NCBI GenBank assembly: GCA_963845755.1
Contig: CAWJTV010000011.1
Location: 832,001-896,000 of the forward strand
DNA: 64,000 nt
Reading direction: 5' to 3'
DNA from: an uncultured Planctomycetota bacterium
Lineage (GTDB): Bacteria; Planctomycetota; Planctomycetia; Isosphaerales; Isosphaeraceae
Part shown: positions 30,271 through 42,151 of the stretch, one piece after another
How positions within the stretch are numbered: the first letter of the stretch is position 1
Layout of the letters: the number at the start of each line of letters is the position of its first letter
Translations under genes and position numbers: made by a program
The notes under the pieces: model-generated
What the model saw: the letters and a program-made list of their open reading frames with translations, nothing else
Databases searched by the model: none
Told to the model about the DNA's origin: nothing

Positions 30271-31269
30271 ATGTCGCAAGGACATTTCGGTTCATGGTTG
30301 CACGGGATCGTCAACACCTTGGCATCGGCGCGGCGATTGGGTCTGCGTAGGTCTCGCCTGAGTCGGCACCCTGTGGTGGAGGACCTCGAAGGGCGTGCCT
30401 TGATGGCCAACATCACCGCCAGCGCGGTCATCAGCTCGGTCGCCGACGGCTCCAACTTCGATTACACGATCAACCTGACAAACTCCAACACGAGCACCTC
30501 GGCGATCGGCACATTCTGGTACGCGTGGGTCCCTGGTCAGGACTTTCTCGCCTCGAGTCCCATCTCCGTCACTCCGCCCGGCGGCTGGACGGACACGATC
30601 ACGCATTCGGGCTCGACCGACGGCTACGCGATCCAGTTCGTTGCGACCAGTCCCACGTATGATGTGCAACCGGGTAGCTCGATGAGTTTTGCGTTCCAAA
30701 GTTCTGATGCGCCCGCGTCGGTCAATGGGAATTCCCCGTTTTATCCAGGTACCCCGGTGGGAACCTCGGTCGTTTACCCCGGGGCGCCATTCAGCGATGG
30801 CGGTCATCAATTCGCCGTGACAGCCGCGACACCGACACCGACCCCAACGCCAACGCCGACACCAACATCGACTTCCCCGGTCACGATTACCGGCGTCCGC
30901 CTCATCGAGAACAGGAAACACGTGGTGACCGGAATTGTCGTCAACTTCAGTGGTGGCGTGAACGTCGCCGAGGCGGAAAACGTCGCGATCTATTCGCTGA
31001 CGACGCAGGGCAAGCACGGGGCATTCGTGGGCCGAGGCACCACCCTTCTCAAGCTGAGATCGGCGTCCTACGACACGGCCCTCAACGACGTGACCCTGAC
31101 GCCGCGCAAGGGCTTCGCGCTGACGAAGCCAGTCGAATTCGTGGTCCACGCACAGCCACCGGGAGGTTTGCAGGACAGCTCGGGCGCGTTCATCGACGGT
31201 AATGATGAAGGTCAAAGTGGAGATGATGGCGTCTTTATCGTCACCCGGAGGGGTGTAACCCGCGCGTAA
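30271..31269 (+). CDS. Planctomycete extracellular protein with Pro-Thr linker
   Basis: VEDLEGRALMA N-terminal motif, beta-rich domain, (PT)n linker, C-terminal LQDSSGAFIDGN. Confidence 0.75.
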   Translation: MSQGHFGSWLHGIVNTLASARRLGLRRSRLSRHPVVEDLEGRALMANITASAVISSVADGSNFDYTINLTNSNTSTSAIGTFWYAWVPGQDFLASSPISVTPPGGWTDTITHSGSTDGYAIQFVATSPTYDVQPGSSMSFAFQSSDAPASVNGNSPFYPGTPVGTSVVYPGAPFSDGGHQFAVTAATPTPTPTPTPTPTSTSPVTITGVRLIENRKHVVTGIVVNFSGGVNVAEAENVAIYSLTTQGKHGAFVGRGTTLLKLRSASYDTALNDVTLTPRKGFALTKPVEFVVHAQPPGGLQDSSGAFIDGNDEGQSGDDGVFIVTRRGVTRA

Positions 31270-31360
31270 ACGCGGATCCATCGACCTCGATCCAGGCTGG
31301 CTGAAATTCGAAATCCTCCGCCGATCGTCGCAGGATCGGCGGGGATGTCGGGCGGTCTTC

Positions 31361-33492
31361 TCACCGCGGTTTCGTGATGGTCAGCCGCCCCTTGGTTTTC
31401 CACTGGTAACCGGGCACCTCGTTTCGGGGTGTGAGCGTATAGGCGATGCCCGGCTCCATCCGGGCGTATTCCTCGGGCGGGATCGCGATGAATAGCTCGT
31501 GGTCGGTGGTACCGACAATCGAGCCCGTCGTGATCCGCCCGTGAACATCCGGTTGGCCGTCGGCCTGGAACAGGAACTCCTTGCCCGCGGCCAGGAGGAA
31601 GACCTTGTACTGTTGCCAGGGCTCGCCTTCGATCCACTCTTGACCGTGGATCAGGAGATGGCCCGAGCCATCGTTGACGAAGAACCCTTGTCGTCTCGCT
31701 CGCTTGACCGAATCGGGGGCATCGTCCGCATCGGCCCAGTAGGCCCGGGTGATCGTGATGGACCGGTGCTCCTTCTTGCCGTCGTCCGCGGCCGATCGCC
31801 GCGTATTCGGATGCAGGGCTTCGGCACTCGAGGCCCGTTTTCCGGTCGACTGCGGGTGGAGGGCGATACCCCGGATCTCCGCCAACTCGATGGGGCGGAA
31901 CTGGACCTGGTATTCCTGGATCTGGTCCGGCGGCAAGTCGAACTCGGCATCGATCAGGTCGAGGAGCCATTTCTTGTTTCCGTCCGAGCCGACCGAATAG
32001 GACACGGCGGGGAACGACCTGCCGTCGCGGTGGATCGCGACGACGCGCCGGTCTTGCTCGAGGAAGTTATGGGCGACCGCGAAGACCGTCATCGATCGGC
32101 CGTACGCGGTATAAGGGCGCGCCTTGCCGAAGGTGAACTTGTGACCATTGACGAACTGGCCCTGGCCGCCTCGACCGTTGTTGGACACCTCGGTCTTCCA
32201 CGGACCGTTGGCCAGCCGCGCCTCGATCCCGCAACGGGATCGGTCGTCGGGGAAAGCCGCCTCATAATAGTCCAGCTCGGGCACGTTCCGCCCGTCCTTC
32301 GTGGGCCGGCCGCCCCAGTAGGAGGTGGAGGGGGTCGGGAGCCAGCGGAACAGGTCGTCCCGGCCCACCCCGGACGTGCGGATCAAGACCACCCGCACCG
32401 GCTCGCCCTCGCGCCCATGGGTCTTGCGCTCGATCGTGTCGACTGGCGCCTCGGTCAACGGCGAGCCGTCGGGCTTCCACCACGTGTCCGGGCCGGTGGG
32501 GACGGTGGAGACGCCGACGACCTCGAACGTCGCACCCCCAGCCATCGTCACGCGGTACGGGTTGCCGTCCACGGGTTGAAAGGAAGCTGGCCCATCGGGT
32601 TCCGGCGGTGCCGATCGCGCCGGATCGCCATCCCCGCGCCGCCCGCGACGGCGCCGATCACCAACAGGGCGAGGGTCCTCTTTAGCAATCGATGGAAGAA
32701 CATAGTTCGTAAAGCTCCTTCAGTCAGTGCGGCGACCGTGGCGGGGACGATGGCGGCTACGGTCCCGCTCGCCGCGTAGCGGACCGCTGCCTCAATGGTG
32801 GTTTGCTTCCAGGTCTCGGCGACGGCCGTCGAGGCGACATCGGGAGCCAGAGCCAGGACCGCCGGCGCCACACTGCGGCGGGTCAGGCGGTTGCGCAATT
32901 GCTGGCGCGCCCGGGCCAATCGGGACTCGATCGTGCGGACCGGGCAACCGAGTTGTCGGGCGGCCTGCTCGCAGGTCAGGCCCTCCAGATGACAGAGCAC
33001 GATCGGCAGCCGGAATCGCTCGGGGAGCCGTCCCAGCTCCTCGTAGAGCTCCGGCCAGGACGTCTCCGAGGCCTCGCGATCGCCGTCATCCGCGCGACGG
33101 ATCATCGTGGCCATCTCCGCACCGCGACGCTCGCGCACCCGCCGCCGGGCGGCATCGCGCCGCGCCCGGCTCGCGACCCGCGCGGCGACCCCGTAGAGCC
33201 AGCTCGCGACCGAGTCCGTTCGCCGGATCGTCCGCGCCTGCCGCGCCAGGACCAGGAACGTGGCCTGGGCGGCGTCCTCGGCGTCGTGACGGTCCCCGAG
33301 GATCCGCCGGCAGACATGAAGGACCATCGGCCCGTGACGGTCAACCAGTACCGCGAACGCCGCCTCGGCGTCCTCCGCCGGCCCGCTCCGGAACCGATCC
33401 AGCAAGGACCCGTCGGTCAGGCCAGTCACCGTCCCGATGTGGAACAAGGTAGTAAGTTGCTTCCAGACGGCCGAAGAGGACGCGCTTGCCAA
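31361..33492 (-). CDS. ECF sigma factor with TM helix and large C-terminal extension (frameshift near 32600)
   Basis: LTDGSLLDRF..AEAAFAVLVDRHGPMV..DAEDAAQATFLVL..SWLYGVA..LPERFRLPIVLCHLEGL; continues into ORF 31361-32572. Confidence 0.85.
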
Positions 33493-33920
33493 GGTGCCAT
33501 CTCCCGCTCGGGTTGTGCAAGTCCTACGCAGATAGTGTCCGCCGGGGCCATCGATCACCCCAACTTTTTCGATCATCGTAGTCGACTTGACCGGTGTTCA
33601 GCATTCCCAACACCACGGGATGTCCGCAACGGCTCGGTGGACCGGTGGCACTGCGGTGCCAACGGATCATGGCGATCCTATTGAAATAACTTCATTTGCT
33701 GCCCAAACTTCGGGCAATCAACCGGCCGCACTGGCTGGCATAAGGTGGCAACTTTTTGGCCCGGCTTCCGCGCCTGTCGCACCGTTTTCGACCCGCGGCG
33801 GGGTCTCGAGTCGTGGTCGGTAGTCGGAGGTCCGTGGTCCATGAAGACGTGGGTGACAATCCGTGGGGACTGGGAGAGCGCTTCAAGCGGTCCGGGACCG
33901 CTCGCGCGCACCATCGCCGT

Positions 33921-33968
33921 CTCTACTATTTAGGATGCCTCAACTTTCGAAATCCGTAAATGCACCTA
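33921..33968 (-). repeat. Second copy of the 4397-4446 element
   Basis: Reverse complement reads TAGGTGCATTTACGGATTTCGAAAGTTGAGGCATCCTAAATAGTAGAG. Confidence 0.8.
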
Positions 33969-34159
33969 CGGTGGTTTTGGCCCATTTTGTCGGCATAACG
34001 CTAAATGTGACAGAGATATAAAAAAATCTCAAATTTTTTTTCGGCTGTTGATTGTCAGCGTGATTCAAGACGCTCGATTCTCGGAAGGCCGCGGCGTTGC
34101 TCCAGTCGCAAATAGTGACTGAACAATACTTTACCGCCAAAGTGGTCCCAGACTTTGCA

Positions 34160-34197
34160 CCGGAAAGTGTTACCCGGGCCGGAAAGTGTTACCCGGG
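34160..34197. repeat. Perfect 19-bp tandem duplication
   Basis: CCGGAAAGTGTTACCCGGG x2. Confidence 0.9.
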
Positions 34198-34309
34198 GTT
34201 GAACCTGGCCGTTTTCTTCATTCCCCGCTTCGTTCCGTCCCCTTTCTCCGCACCCCCGAGAGGCCGGGGCGTTCGTAGTGCGATCTACGCGTACAAATCC
34301 ACGCTGGAT

Positions 34310-36709
34310 CTACTTCCGTGGCTGCATCCCGCTCGCTTCCTTCTCTACTTGGTCGTCGAGCCTGAAGAGGTCGCGGAGGATCGACCGCTCCTCTTGCACA
34401 AGGTCGAGCAGCACGCGCTCGTCCTTTGTCTGCAGATATCGCACGCCGACGCCAAACAGACGGGTCGCCAGGGTCAGGTGCGTGTACCGAACCGAGACCG
34501 CCCGCCATACATCCGCCCAGGCGTCGAGGGCGTCCGCGCCGGCCTCGGAGTAAGCCTTCATGCGTGAGACTGCGAACCAGCGAGTCACCGAGCACGGCGA
34601 GCGGCCTCGGCCGGCACGGAAGTTCCGGCGGCATCCTTCGACGACATGGGTGGCACCACAGGCTCTTCGTCCTTCTTCCGCTCCAATTCCTCCTGCGCTT
34701 CCCGAGCGATATCTGCCAGCCGATCGACTCGAGTGCGCCCACGTTTTGCGGTCGGTTGATGTACCGAAGATGGTCGCGATCAAGTTGGGCAACTGCTGGG
34801 ATCTTCCCAGGTCGAATCGCCAGGGGGGTAGCCGGAATCGCTCACGGAGCACGCGTTCGGCTTCTGCCCAATTGCCTTGGATAACATGGGCTTTGGCTAG
34901 ACCCTCGAACGCTCCGGCCTGAGCCCCATCCAACTGGATTGCCCGGGAGAAGTCGTTCACCGACTCGCCAATCTGCCCGAGGACCAGTTTGGTCCAGCCG
35001 CGACTCTCCCAGTAGTATGGGTCGTTGGCGTTGAGTTCAATCGCTCGGTCGAAGAAAGGAAGGGCTTCCTCGAATCGGCTGAGGTAGTTCAGGGCCATGT
35101 CCCTTGCTGCTCCAGACGATAGCCCTCTCGGCGTCGAGTTCGAGCGCCTGGTCGTAGACGGTCAGGGCTTCCATGATCCGGCCGAGGCGGTTCAGCGCGG
35201 CCCCTTCGAAGATCAGGGCGTTGACGCACTTGGAGGTCGAGTTCGATTGCTTGAGTGCAGGCGGACGAGGACCTCCTCGTATTGGCCGGCGAGAAGAACA
35301 ACGTGCCCGCAACACGAACACATCGTTCCGCTGTATCAGCCGTTGCAGCAAGCTTCGACGAGCACACGACCCACTTGTTCCGGGGCACCGGTACGCAATA
35401 GCTGCCATTAGGTCATGATACAGAGCCACTTCGACGGGACTGGAGTACCTCCGGACGGCATATCTTGAAGTGCTGCCTCGAAGTACCGCCGCTCGAGGTT
35501 CGCGTCTTCCGGAAGGCCTCGGAGCCGGGCTTCCACTCCGGCCTTGTCGTACCAGATCCGCAGGAACTCGACAATCAGACGGATCGGCTCTCGGCGGGGA
35601 TCCTTCACTTCCACGCACAGCCGCATCAGTGGTTCTGCCAGTTCGTACCGCGACTCGCGGCCGACTGTCTGCGCCGTCACGTACCCCTTGTCCTTGAGCG
35701 ACTTCAATTGCGCCGCGACCGCCTGCTCGGTCAGGAACAGTTCCCCCGCGACCTCCTTCACCGGTACCGTTTGGGTCTGCCGACAGAGGAACTCGACGAT
35801 CTCCCGCTGCTGATCCGGCAGCCAGCGCAGTCGATCCTGGTAATACGGGGTCAACTCGTCCAGCAACTGCTCGAACGCGGTCACCAGGTCGTCGAGGTTC
35901 TGCCGGGTGGCGAATTCCGACAAGACGATGAACACGCGGTGGCTGCCGCCGGCGATGTGGCGGATCGCCCGCACTCGCCCCCGGCCGGTCGGCGTTTGGA
36001 GGAACGTAGCGAGGTCGGTATTCCCCGTGAGTGCGGCGATTTTTTGGAGCAGCAACAAGGCCTGGTCGGCGGAAAGCGGGAGGAGATGCTCGATCTGAAA
36101 GAAGTTGAAGAATGGCCGGTCGCGGTCGGACACGTCTTCGGTGAGCTGTTGCGCCGTGGCCAGAGTGGCCGCGACCGGGTTTTCCTGGAGAAAGGCGCGC
36201 CACCGCTTCTGCCCCTCGTCCTTCAGGCCTCTCATCACGTCGTCGAGGTTCTCGACCACCACCAGCAGCGTTCGCCCGCCAAGCTTCTCCAGGAGGTATC
36301 TGGTCAACACGGTGGAGCGGCGATCGTCGGCCTCGTTCGCGAGCAGGACGCGTGCGGGTGGTGGGAACTCGTCGCCGTATTCGGCTCTCAGAGCGCGAAG
36401 GATCCGCAGGAGAAACTTCCAGAACGACGGCGTGGTCTCATCCTCCGGCAGCCAGGCGATGCGGACCCGCTCGCTGACATCCGGGTCCTTTCGCAGTCGC
36501 CCGACGAGCAGGGCGACGAGATGGCTCTTGCCGCACCCGCGCGGCCCGACCGCGAGCAGGTGATGCTTTACCCCAGTCAGTACGCTGTCCCCGAGGCGTT
36601 TTAGCCACACCTCGGCCAGCCGCTCTCGTTGGACGAAGATGGCTTCCAGCACCTCCGGGTCGGTGCGGTTCGGGCTGAACCGTGAGACAAAGGTACGGCT
36701 AGGCATCAT
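34310..36709 (-). CDS. P-loop ATPase-winged helix-TPR protein (STAND-like; frameshifted)
   Basis: Walker A GPRGCGKSH, Walker B-like LLVVVENLD, wHTH VKEVAGELFLTEQAVAAQLKSL, TPRs (ALTVYDQALELD, ALPFFDRAIELN). Confidence 0.8.
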
Positions 36710-37893
36710 TCCAGCCCCCGTTCGATAAGCCACCACCTGCGGAGCAGGGCCGACCGGAAGGTATAGCGCCCATCCGTGCCTTTGCTCAGGTAGTGGTCCA
36801 TTGCGAGGTGGCGGAGCAATTCGCGCATCTGTTCATCTTCACTCGTGCCGGCGCCCTTGCCCACGTTGAGAAGATCCGCCTGGGTCAAAGGGACCTGGTT
36901 TCTCGCGGCGTAGTCGAGAATGGCGAGGGCACTCTTCTCGACGCCCGGGTAGTATGAGTGGATCCGTTTGAGAAAATGCCGCAGATCGCAAGGGTCATGG
37001 ACGGCAGTGAGGAGCCATTTCACGGCGTCATCGATCTCCGTTCGAGTCGCTGATCGGCCTCCTGTGCTGAGCCGTGACACGAGCCAATGGATATAGAAGG
37101 GAAATCCGCCGGTGACTTCGGCGATCCGGCGGGCTGCGTCCGGTTCCCCCGGCAGCTTTTCGCCGGCGATCATCTGAGTGGCGAGTTCCGTCGCGACCTC
37201 AGGCTCGAGAGTCGGAACCTCAATGAGCATCATGTCATTGACTGGTTGGTTTCTGTAGCCACTCCGCCGCAACTCGGCAAGGATGTGATGCATACCGACG
37301 GACCCACACAGCACCATTCGGAAACCCTGCCCAGTGGTCGGCGATTGACGCAAGCTTCGCAGCACATCCAGCACTTCCATCGTCGTTTGCGCACCATCTC
37401 GCTGCGGATCGGCGATTGCGGACAGCATCCACGGCATTTCGTCGAAGAGGAACACGACCCGTTTTCCGGCGACATGCTGTTGTTCGACGAGGTCTTCCAC
37501 GGCGCCGTTCAGGAGCGTCTTCCAATAGCCGTCTGGTTAACTCTTCTTCTCGGGAAACATCATCGGGCCTACTTGCGTGCCGCCGAGCGATTCCAGGAAA
37601 CTCCCGATGCGCCGCCCCTGCTTTTTCCAGCCGGTGAGACGGCCCTGGATCTTTTCGCAGACCCTTTCGGCGAACTCGGCGGCCGAGTGAACCTGTTCGA
37701 GATCCAGTGAAATCGGCTCCCAGCCTGGAGGTGGCTCGGCTTCCATCTTGTGGAGGATGCTTGTCTTCCCGATTCGTCGCTCAGCCTCCATGCGCACGCT
37801 GTTCACTTCCAGCACGCGCCACAGGTCAGCTATGAACTGGTCCCGCCCGAAGATGTCTTCAATGGGCAATTGAGCACCGGGTGCTGCTTTCAT
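36706..37893 (-). CDS. P-loop ATPase (archaeal-ATPase/STAND-like) coupled to the TPR-ATPase (frameshift near 37530)
   Basis: FGRDQFI, Walker A-like AERRIGKTS, Walker B VVFLFDEMP, MVLCGSVG, GFPFYIH; ATGA overlap with the next gene. Confidence 0.8.
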
Positions 37894-38199
37894 GGCGATC
37901 TCCCAATAGCTGAGGTGGCTGGCTGGTCAAAGCCTATCCAAGGACTGAGGTTCTGCGACTTCGCCGCAGGAGGTCGCGGGTGAGTTCATTGCTGCGGACC
38001 ACCCGAGTCGTAGCAATCTCCCAATCACTCAGCAAGGAATATACGATAGAAAAATCGTACGATATTTATTTTGTATTTCAGGGCATCTTTGTCAAGGCAA
38101 ACTTACTGTTACTCTTCTTGGAGGGGGACCGGAGGTGTTTTGGTCGTCATAGTGCTTGAATCGCCCAGGTTCTCAGAATTCGTCCAAGTTTCCTCGCCA

Positions 38200-38803
38200 G
38201 TTGACGTTCCAACTGACATCCAGCCTGAGGCTGGTCTCGCAGGCGAGACAAACTGTCAAGGTCGAACGCCTCCTGGATGCGGTCCCGCAGGGCATCAGCC
38301 GGGCCTCGACCATTGTCGCCGATCGGCTGTGCGGTGCGGTGTCCGACCCGATCATCCGCAACGCCCAGGAGAAGCGACAACTCGCGATGATCGCCGACCA
38401 CTTGCAGCAGCGCGGTTACCGCCAGGAAGCCCACCCCGCCGGCAAACCGCTCAATCCGATGGAGCCGGGTACATTCACCTTCCGCATGAACGTGGTCGTC
38501 GGCACGCGGCACAAAGTCAACATCCCGATCGACGTGGTCATCCAGCGGAAAAAGCCGAAGCCCAGCGGTCTGCCTATCCTGATCGAGGCGAAGTCGGCGG
38601 GCGATTTCACGAACACGAACAAACGGCGGAAGGAAGAAGCCGTCAAGATCGCCCAACTGCAACAGGCTTACGGCAAGGACGTTGAATTCATCCTTTTCCT
38701 GTGCGGCGACTTCGACAGTGGATATCTTGGTTACGAAGCCGCGGAAGGCATAGACTGGATATGGGAACATCGCATAACCGACCTGGACCAACTCGGGATC
38801 TAA
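38200..38803 (+). pseudogene. XamI-family type II restriction endonuclease, apparently 5'-truncated
   Basis: STIVADRLCGAVSDPIIRNAQE, LIEAKSAGDFTNTNKRRKEEA, GYLGYEAAEGIDWIWEHRI. No convincing start or N-terminal third. Confidence 0.75.
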
Positions 38804-38805
38804 GC

Positions 38806-40353
38806 GTGATTGAAACCGAGGCACAGCGGCAGCTCACGCAGAGACGGCTCGATGAGGCCAAGACTGCCACCGAGCGTAACCGCCTCGGGCAGTTCGCCAC
38901 GCCGCCCGGACTCGCCCTCGACATCGCCCGCTACGCGCTGGACCTGTGGCAGGGCAGGACGTCCGCCGCGGCGTTCCTCGATCCCGCGATCGGTACCGGC
39001 TCGTTCTACTCGGCCCTTCGCCAGGTGTTCCCGACGGGAGCGATTGCCGACGCTTGCGGCGTCGAGATCGATCCGGCCTTCGCCGACGCCGCCCAACGTC
39101 TGTGGGCAGGAGCGGGCCTGCGGGTCATCCCCGGCGACTTCACGGCGCTCGCTCCCGATCGGGTCTATAACCTGGTCCTCACCAACCCGCCGTATATTCG
39201 GCACCACCACCTGGAGCGAGCGGACAAGGAGCGACTCAAGGCACTGGTTGCCGACCGCTTCCGCCTCGACATCAGCGGCTTGGCCGGGTTCTACGCCCAT
39301 TTCCTCTTGCTCTGCGATGCCTGGATGGCACCCGGTGGCATCGCCGTCTGGCTGATTCCGTCGGAGTTCATGGACGTCAATTACGGGGCGGCCATGAAGA
39401 CCTATCTGACCGACCATGTCAAACTCTTGCACATTCACCGATATTGCCCTTCCGATGTGCAGTTCTGTGACGCCCTGGTCACGTCGTCGATCGTGGTATT
39501 CGAGAAATCTGCCCCGTCGCCGCACCATCAGGTCCGCCTGTCGTTCGGCGGGCCGATCACCGGCCCGACAGCGTCGGAAACCGTCGACCTGGCGGCACTC
39601 CGGCAGTCCAGGAAGTGGACCGGACTCGCCAAGAACCCGATACCGACCGCAGAGTCGTCGCACACGCTGGGCGATTTCTTCTCGATCAAGCGAGGCATGG
39701 CAACCGGCGCCAACGCGTTTTTCATCCTCGAGCGGCAGGAGGCGATCCGAAAAGGCATTCCCACCGAATTCCTGCGCCCGATCTTGCCCAGCTCCAGACA
39801 CCTGCCCGACGGGTTGATCGAAGCTGAGCCGGACGGCTACCCGCGGTTGGAAAAGCCGCTGGTCATCATCGACTGCGATTTGCCGGAGCCGGTCATTCAA
39901 GCGAAGCACCCGGAGTTCTGGAAATACCTGGAACAAGGCAAGGCGCAGGGCATCCCTTCCGGTTATCTGGCCAGCCGCCGGACTCCCTGGTACTCGCAGG
40001 AGAAACGCGACCCGGCTCCCTTCCTGTGCACCTATATGGGCCGAGAGAAGAGCAACGGCAATCCGTTCCGCTTCTTCTGGAACCAATCGCGGGCGACGGC
40101 GGCGAACGTCTACCTGCTTCTTTATCCCAAGGGCGAGATGAAAGCTGCTCTGGCCGCACGGCCCGACCTCTACACGATCGTGTTTTCTCACCTTCAGTCG
40201 CTCACCGGCGAGCATCTCATCAAGGAAGGGCGCGTCTACGGTGGCGGCCTTCACAAGATGGAACCGAAGGAACTCGCCAATTTGCCTGCCGATGTTCTCG
40301 CCCGGATCATCCAGGGACGGCCGTCGCCGAAGCAAATGTATCTCGCAATCTGA
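38806..40353 (+). CDS. N6-adenine DNA methyltransferase (gamma class), cognate to the XamI-family endonuclease
   Basis: LGQFATP, FLDPAIGTGSF (SAM binding), LTNPPYIRHH (catalytic), GRVYGGGLHKMEPKEL; intact. Confidence 0.9.
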   Translation: MIETEAQRQLTQRRLDEAKTATERNRLGQFATPPGLALDIARYALDLWQGRTSAAAFLDPAIGTGSFYSALRQVFPTGAIADACGVEIDPAFADAAQRLWAGAGLRVIPGDFTALAPDRVYNLVLTNPPYIRHHHLERADKERLKALVADRFRLDISGLAGFYAHFLLLCDAWMAPGGIAVWLIPSEFMDVNYGAAMKTYLTDHVKLLHIHRYCPSDVQFCDALVTSSIVVFEKSAPSPHHQVRLSFGGPITGPTASETVDLAALRQSRKWTGLAKNPIPTAESSHTLGDFFSIKRGMATGANAFFILERQEAIRKGIPTEFLRPILPSSRHLPDGLIEAEPDGYPRLEKPLVIIDCDLPEPVIQAKHPEFWKYLEQGKAQGIPSGYLASRRTPWYSQEKRDPAPFLCTYMGREKSNGNPFRFFWNQSRATAANVYLLLYPKGEMKAALAARPDLYTIVFSHLQSLTGEHLIKEGRVYGGGLHKMEPKELANLPADVLARIIQGRPSPKQMYLAI

Positions 40354-40662
40354 TCATGAACGGTCATATTCCGAGACCTGCCATGGATTCCGGCTGACGA
40401 TGGATGACAAACGTGCCTGGAAACAGATCCGCGCGACTCACTGGTCCTCTTCACAAAGGTTTCAGAGCGAAGCGTCGCAGGGTCTCGATGTGAACTTTCG
40501 GATGTCGGGCAGGATTTGTCAGATGCTACCCCCACGACGCCGTCCCGGGACCATGAGAGGCTCTCATGTTCGACGACTGGCTTGACATACTGCTGAGGGG
40601 GTCTTTCGACCTCAACCTGCCGGCAATAACGCTCTCATTCGGCGATGGAACAGGGTTAGACG

Positions 40663-42151
40663 CAATACCGTTGAAATAGGCGCAAGCCACAGCCTCCTGT
40701 TACTTTGGGTTTACTCACGACCCAAGCAACACGGAGGCCATGACTCGCATGCCGCACGGACATTGCACGCTGCCGCCCGATGCGTCGGGCCGGATCTTGG
40801 ATCGCTTGGCGGGACTGGAACAGATTATCTCGCCCGAGGCCGTTCGCCAAGTCCTCGCGGCCACCGGTAAAACCAATCAACGACGTTGCACACTGACCCA
40901 CGAGATTGTTTGCTGGGTGGTCCTGGCCATGGGGCTGTTGACCGACTTGCCGATCCGCCAAGTCTTCAAGCATGCACGCCGGCTCCGAGTCGGCGAGGAG
41001 AGTCCCCATCGATCCAGCCTGTGTGTGGCCCGGCAACGCCTGGGCATCGCGCCGGTCCGCCACCTGTTCGAGCACGTCGTTCATCCTCTGGCCCGGCCCG
41101 ATACGCCCGGAGCCTTCTACCGCGGGTTCCGCCTGGTCGGCATCGATGGGACCGTCTACGATGTCCCCGACTCGGAGGCCAACGCCGCGGCCTTCGGCGC
41201 CCCTCGGCCGGGCCGCGCGGCGACGGCGCGTTCCCCCAAGTCCGCAAGCTGAGCCTGGTCGAATTGGGGACCCACATCGAACTGGCCTTCGTGGTCCGGT
41301 CGATCGCCCACGGCGAACCGTCGATGGTCGGCGGCTTGCTCCGCCATCTGACTCCGGAGATGCTCCTGTTGGAGGATCGCGGGTTTTTCAGCTATGACCA
41401 CTGGAAAACGGCGATGTTGCGGGGCGTCCAGCTGTTGGCACGCGTGAAAAGCGGCTTGATCCTCAAGTCGATCCAAAACCTGGCGGATGGCTCGTACCTG
41501 GCCAAGATTTATCGGGGTTGCTACGACCGTCAGATCGATCGGGATGGGATCGTCGTCCGGGTGATCCGCTATACACTGGACGACCCGCAACGAGTCGGAC
41601 ACGGTGAAACTCATGTGCTGATCACGAATCTCCTTGACGCGGAGCTTTATCCTGCTGAAGAATTGATTATTCTTTATCACGAGAGATGGGAACAGGAGTT
41701 GGTCTATGATGAGCAAAAGACCCATCATGATCCGCGGCGGGCGACCAAGCCGGCACAGATGCGAAGCGAGACCCCGGCGGGGGTGATCCAGGAGATCTAT
41801 GCGCTGTCGCTGGGTCATTTCGTGATCCGAGCCTTGATGGTTGCGGCCGCCGGGACCGTGGGGCTGGACCCGGATCGGCTGTCGTTTCTGGGGTGCTTCC
41901 AGATCCTCAAGTGCCGGTTGCCAGAATGCAACAGCTCGACCCCCGAGGCGTTCGAGGAGTGGTACCAGGGATTGTTGTGGGAGATGCAGGGGGAGCGCAC
42001 CGATGACGAAATGCGGAGGAACCGGATCAATCCGCGAGTGATCAAGCGTAAAATGTCCAAGTGGAAAAAGAAACGATCCAAACATCGACACATTCCGCCC
42101 TTGAAGAAAACCTTTGCAGAGACAGTGGTTATGCTTCCTTAAACGGTATTG
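40663..42151 (+). mobile_element. IS4-family insertion sequence with 10-bp target duplication
   Basis: TIRs CAATACCGTTGAA / TTAAACGGTATTG; GGGTTAGACG at both 40653-40662 and 42152-42161. Confidence 0.93.
40740..42142 (+). CDS. IS4-family transposase (one frameshift near 41200)
   Basis: LVGIDGT, LLLEDRGF, LYHERWEQELVYDEQK (DDE with YREK). Confidence 0.9.

Noticed and set aside
30826..30870. ACACCG/ACGCCA hexamer repeats
   Set aside because: Simply encode a Pro-Thr linker.
33970..34150. AT-rich tract as a tRNA, att site or replication origin
   Set aside because: No cloverleaf, DnaA-box cluster or nearby integrase is recognisable.
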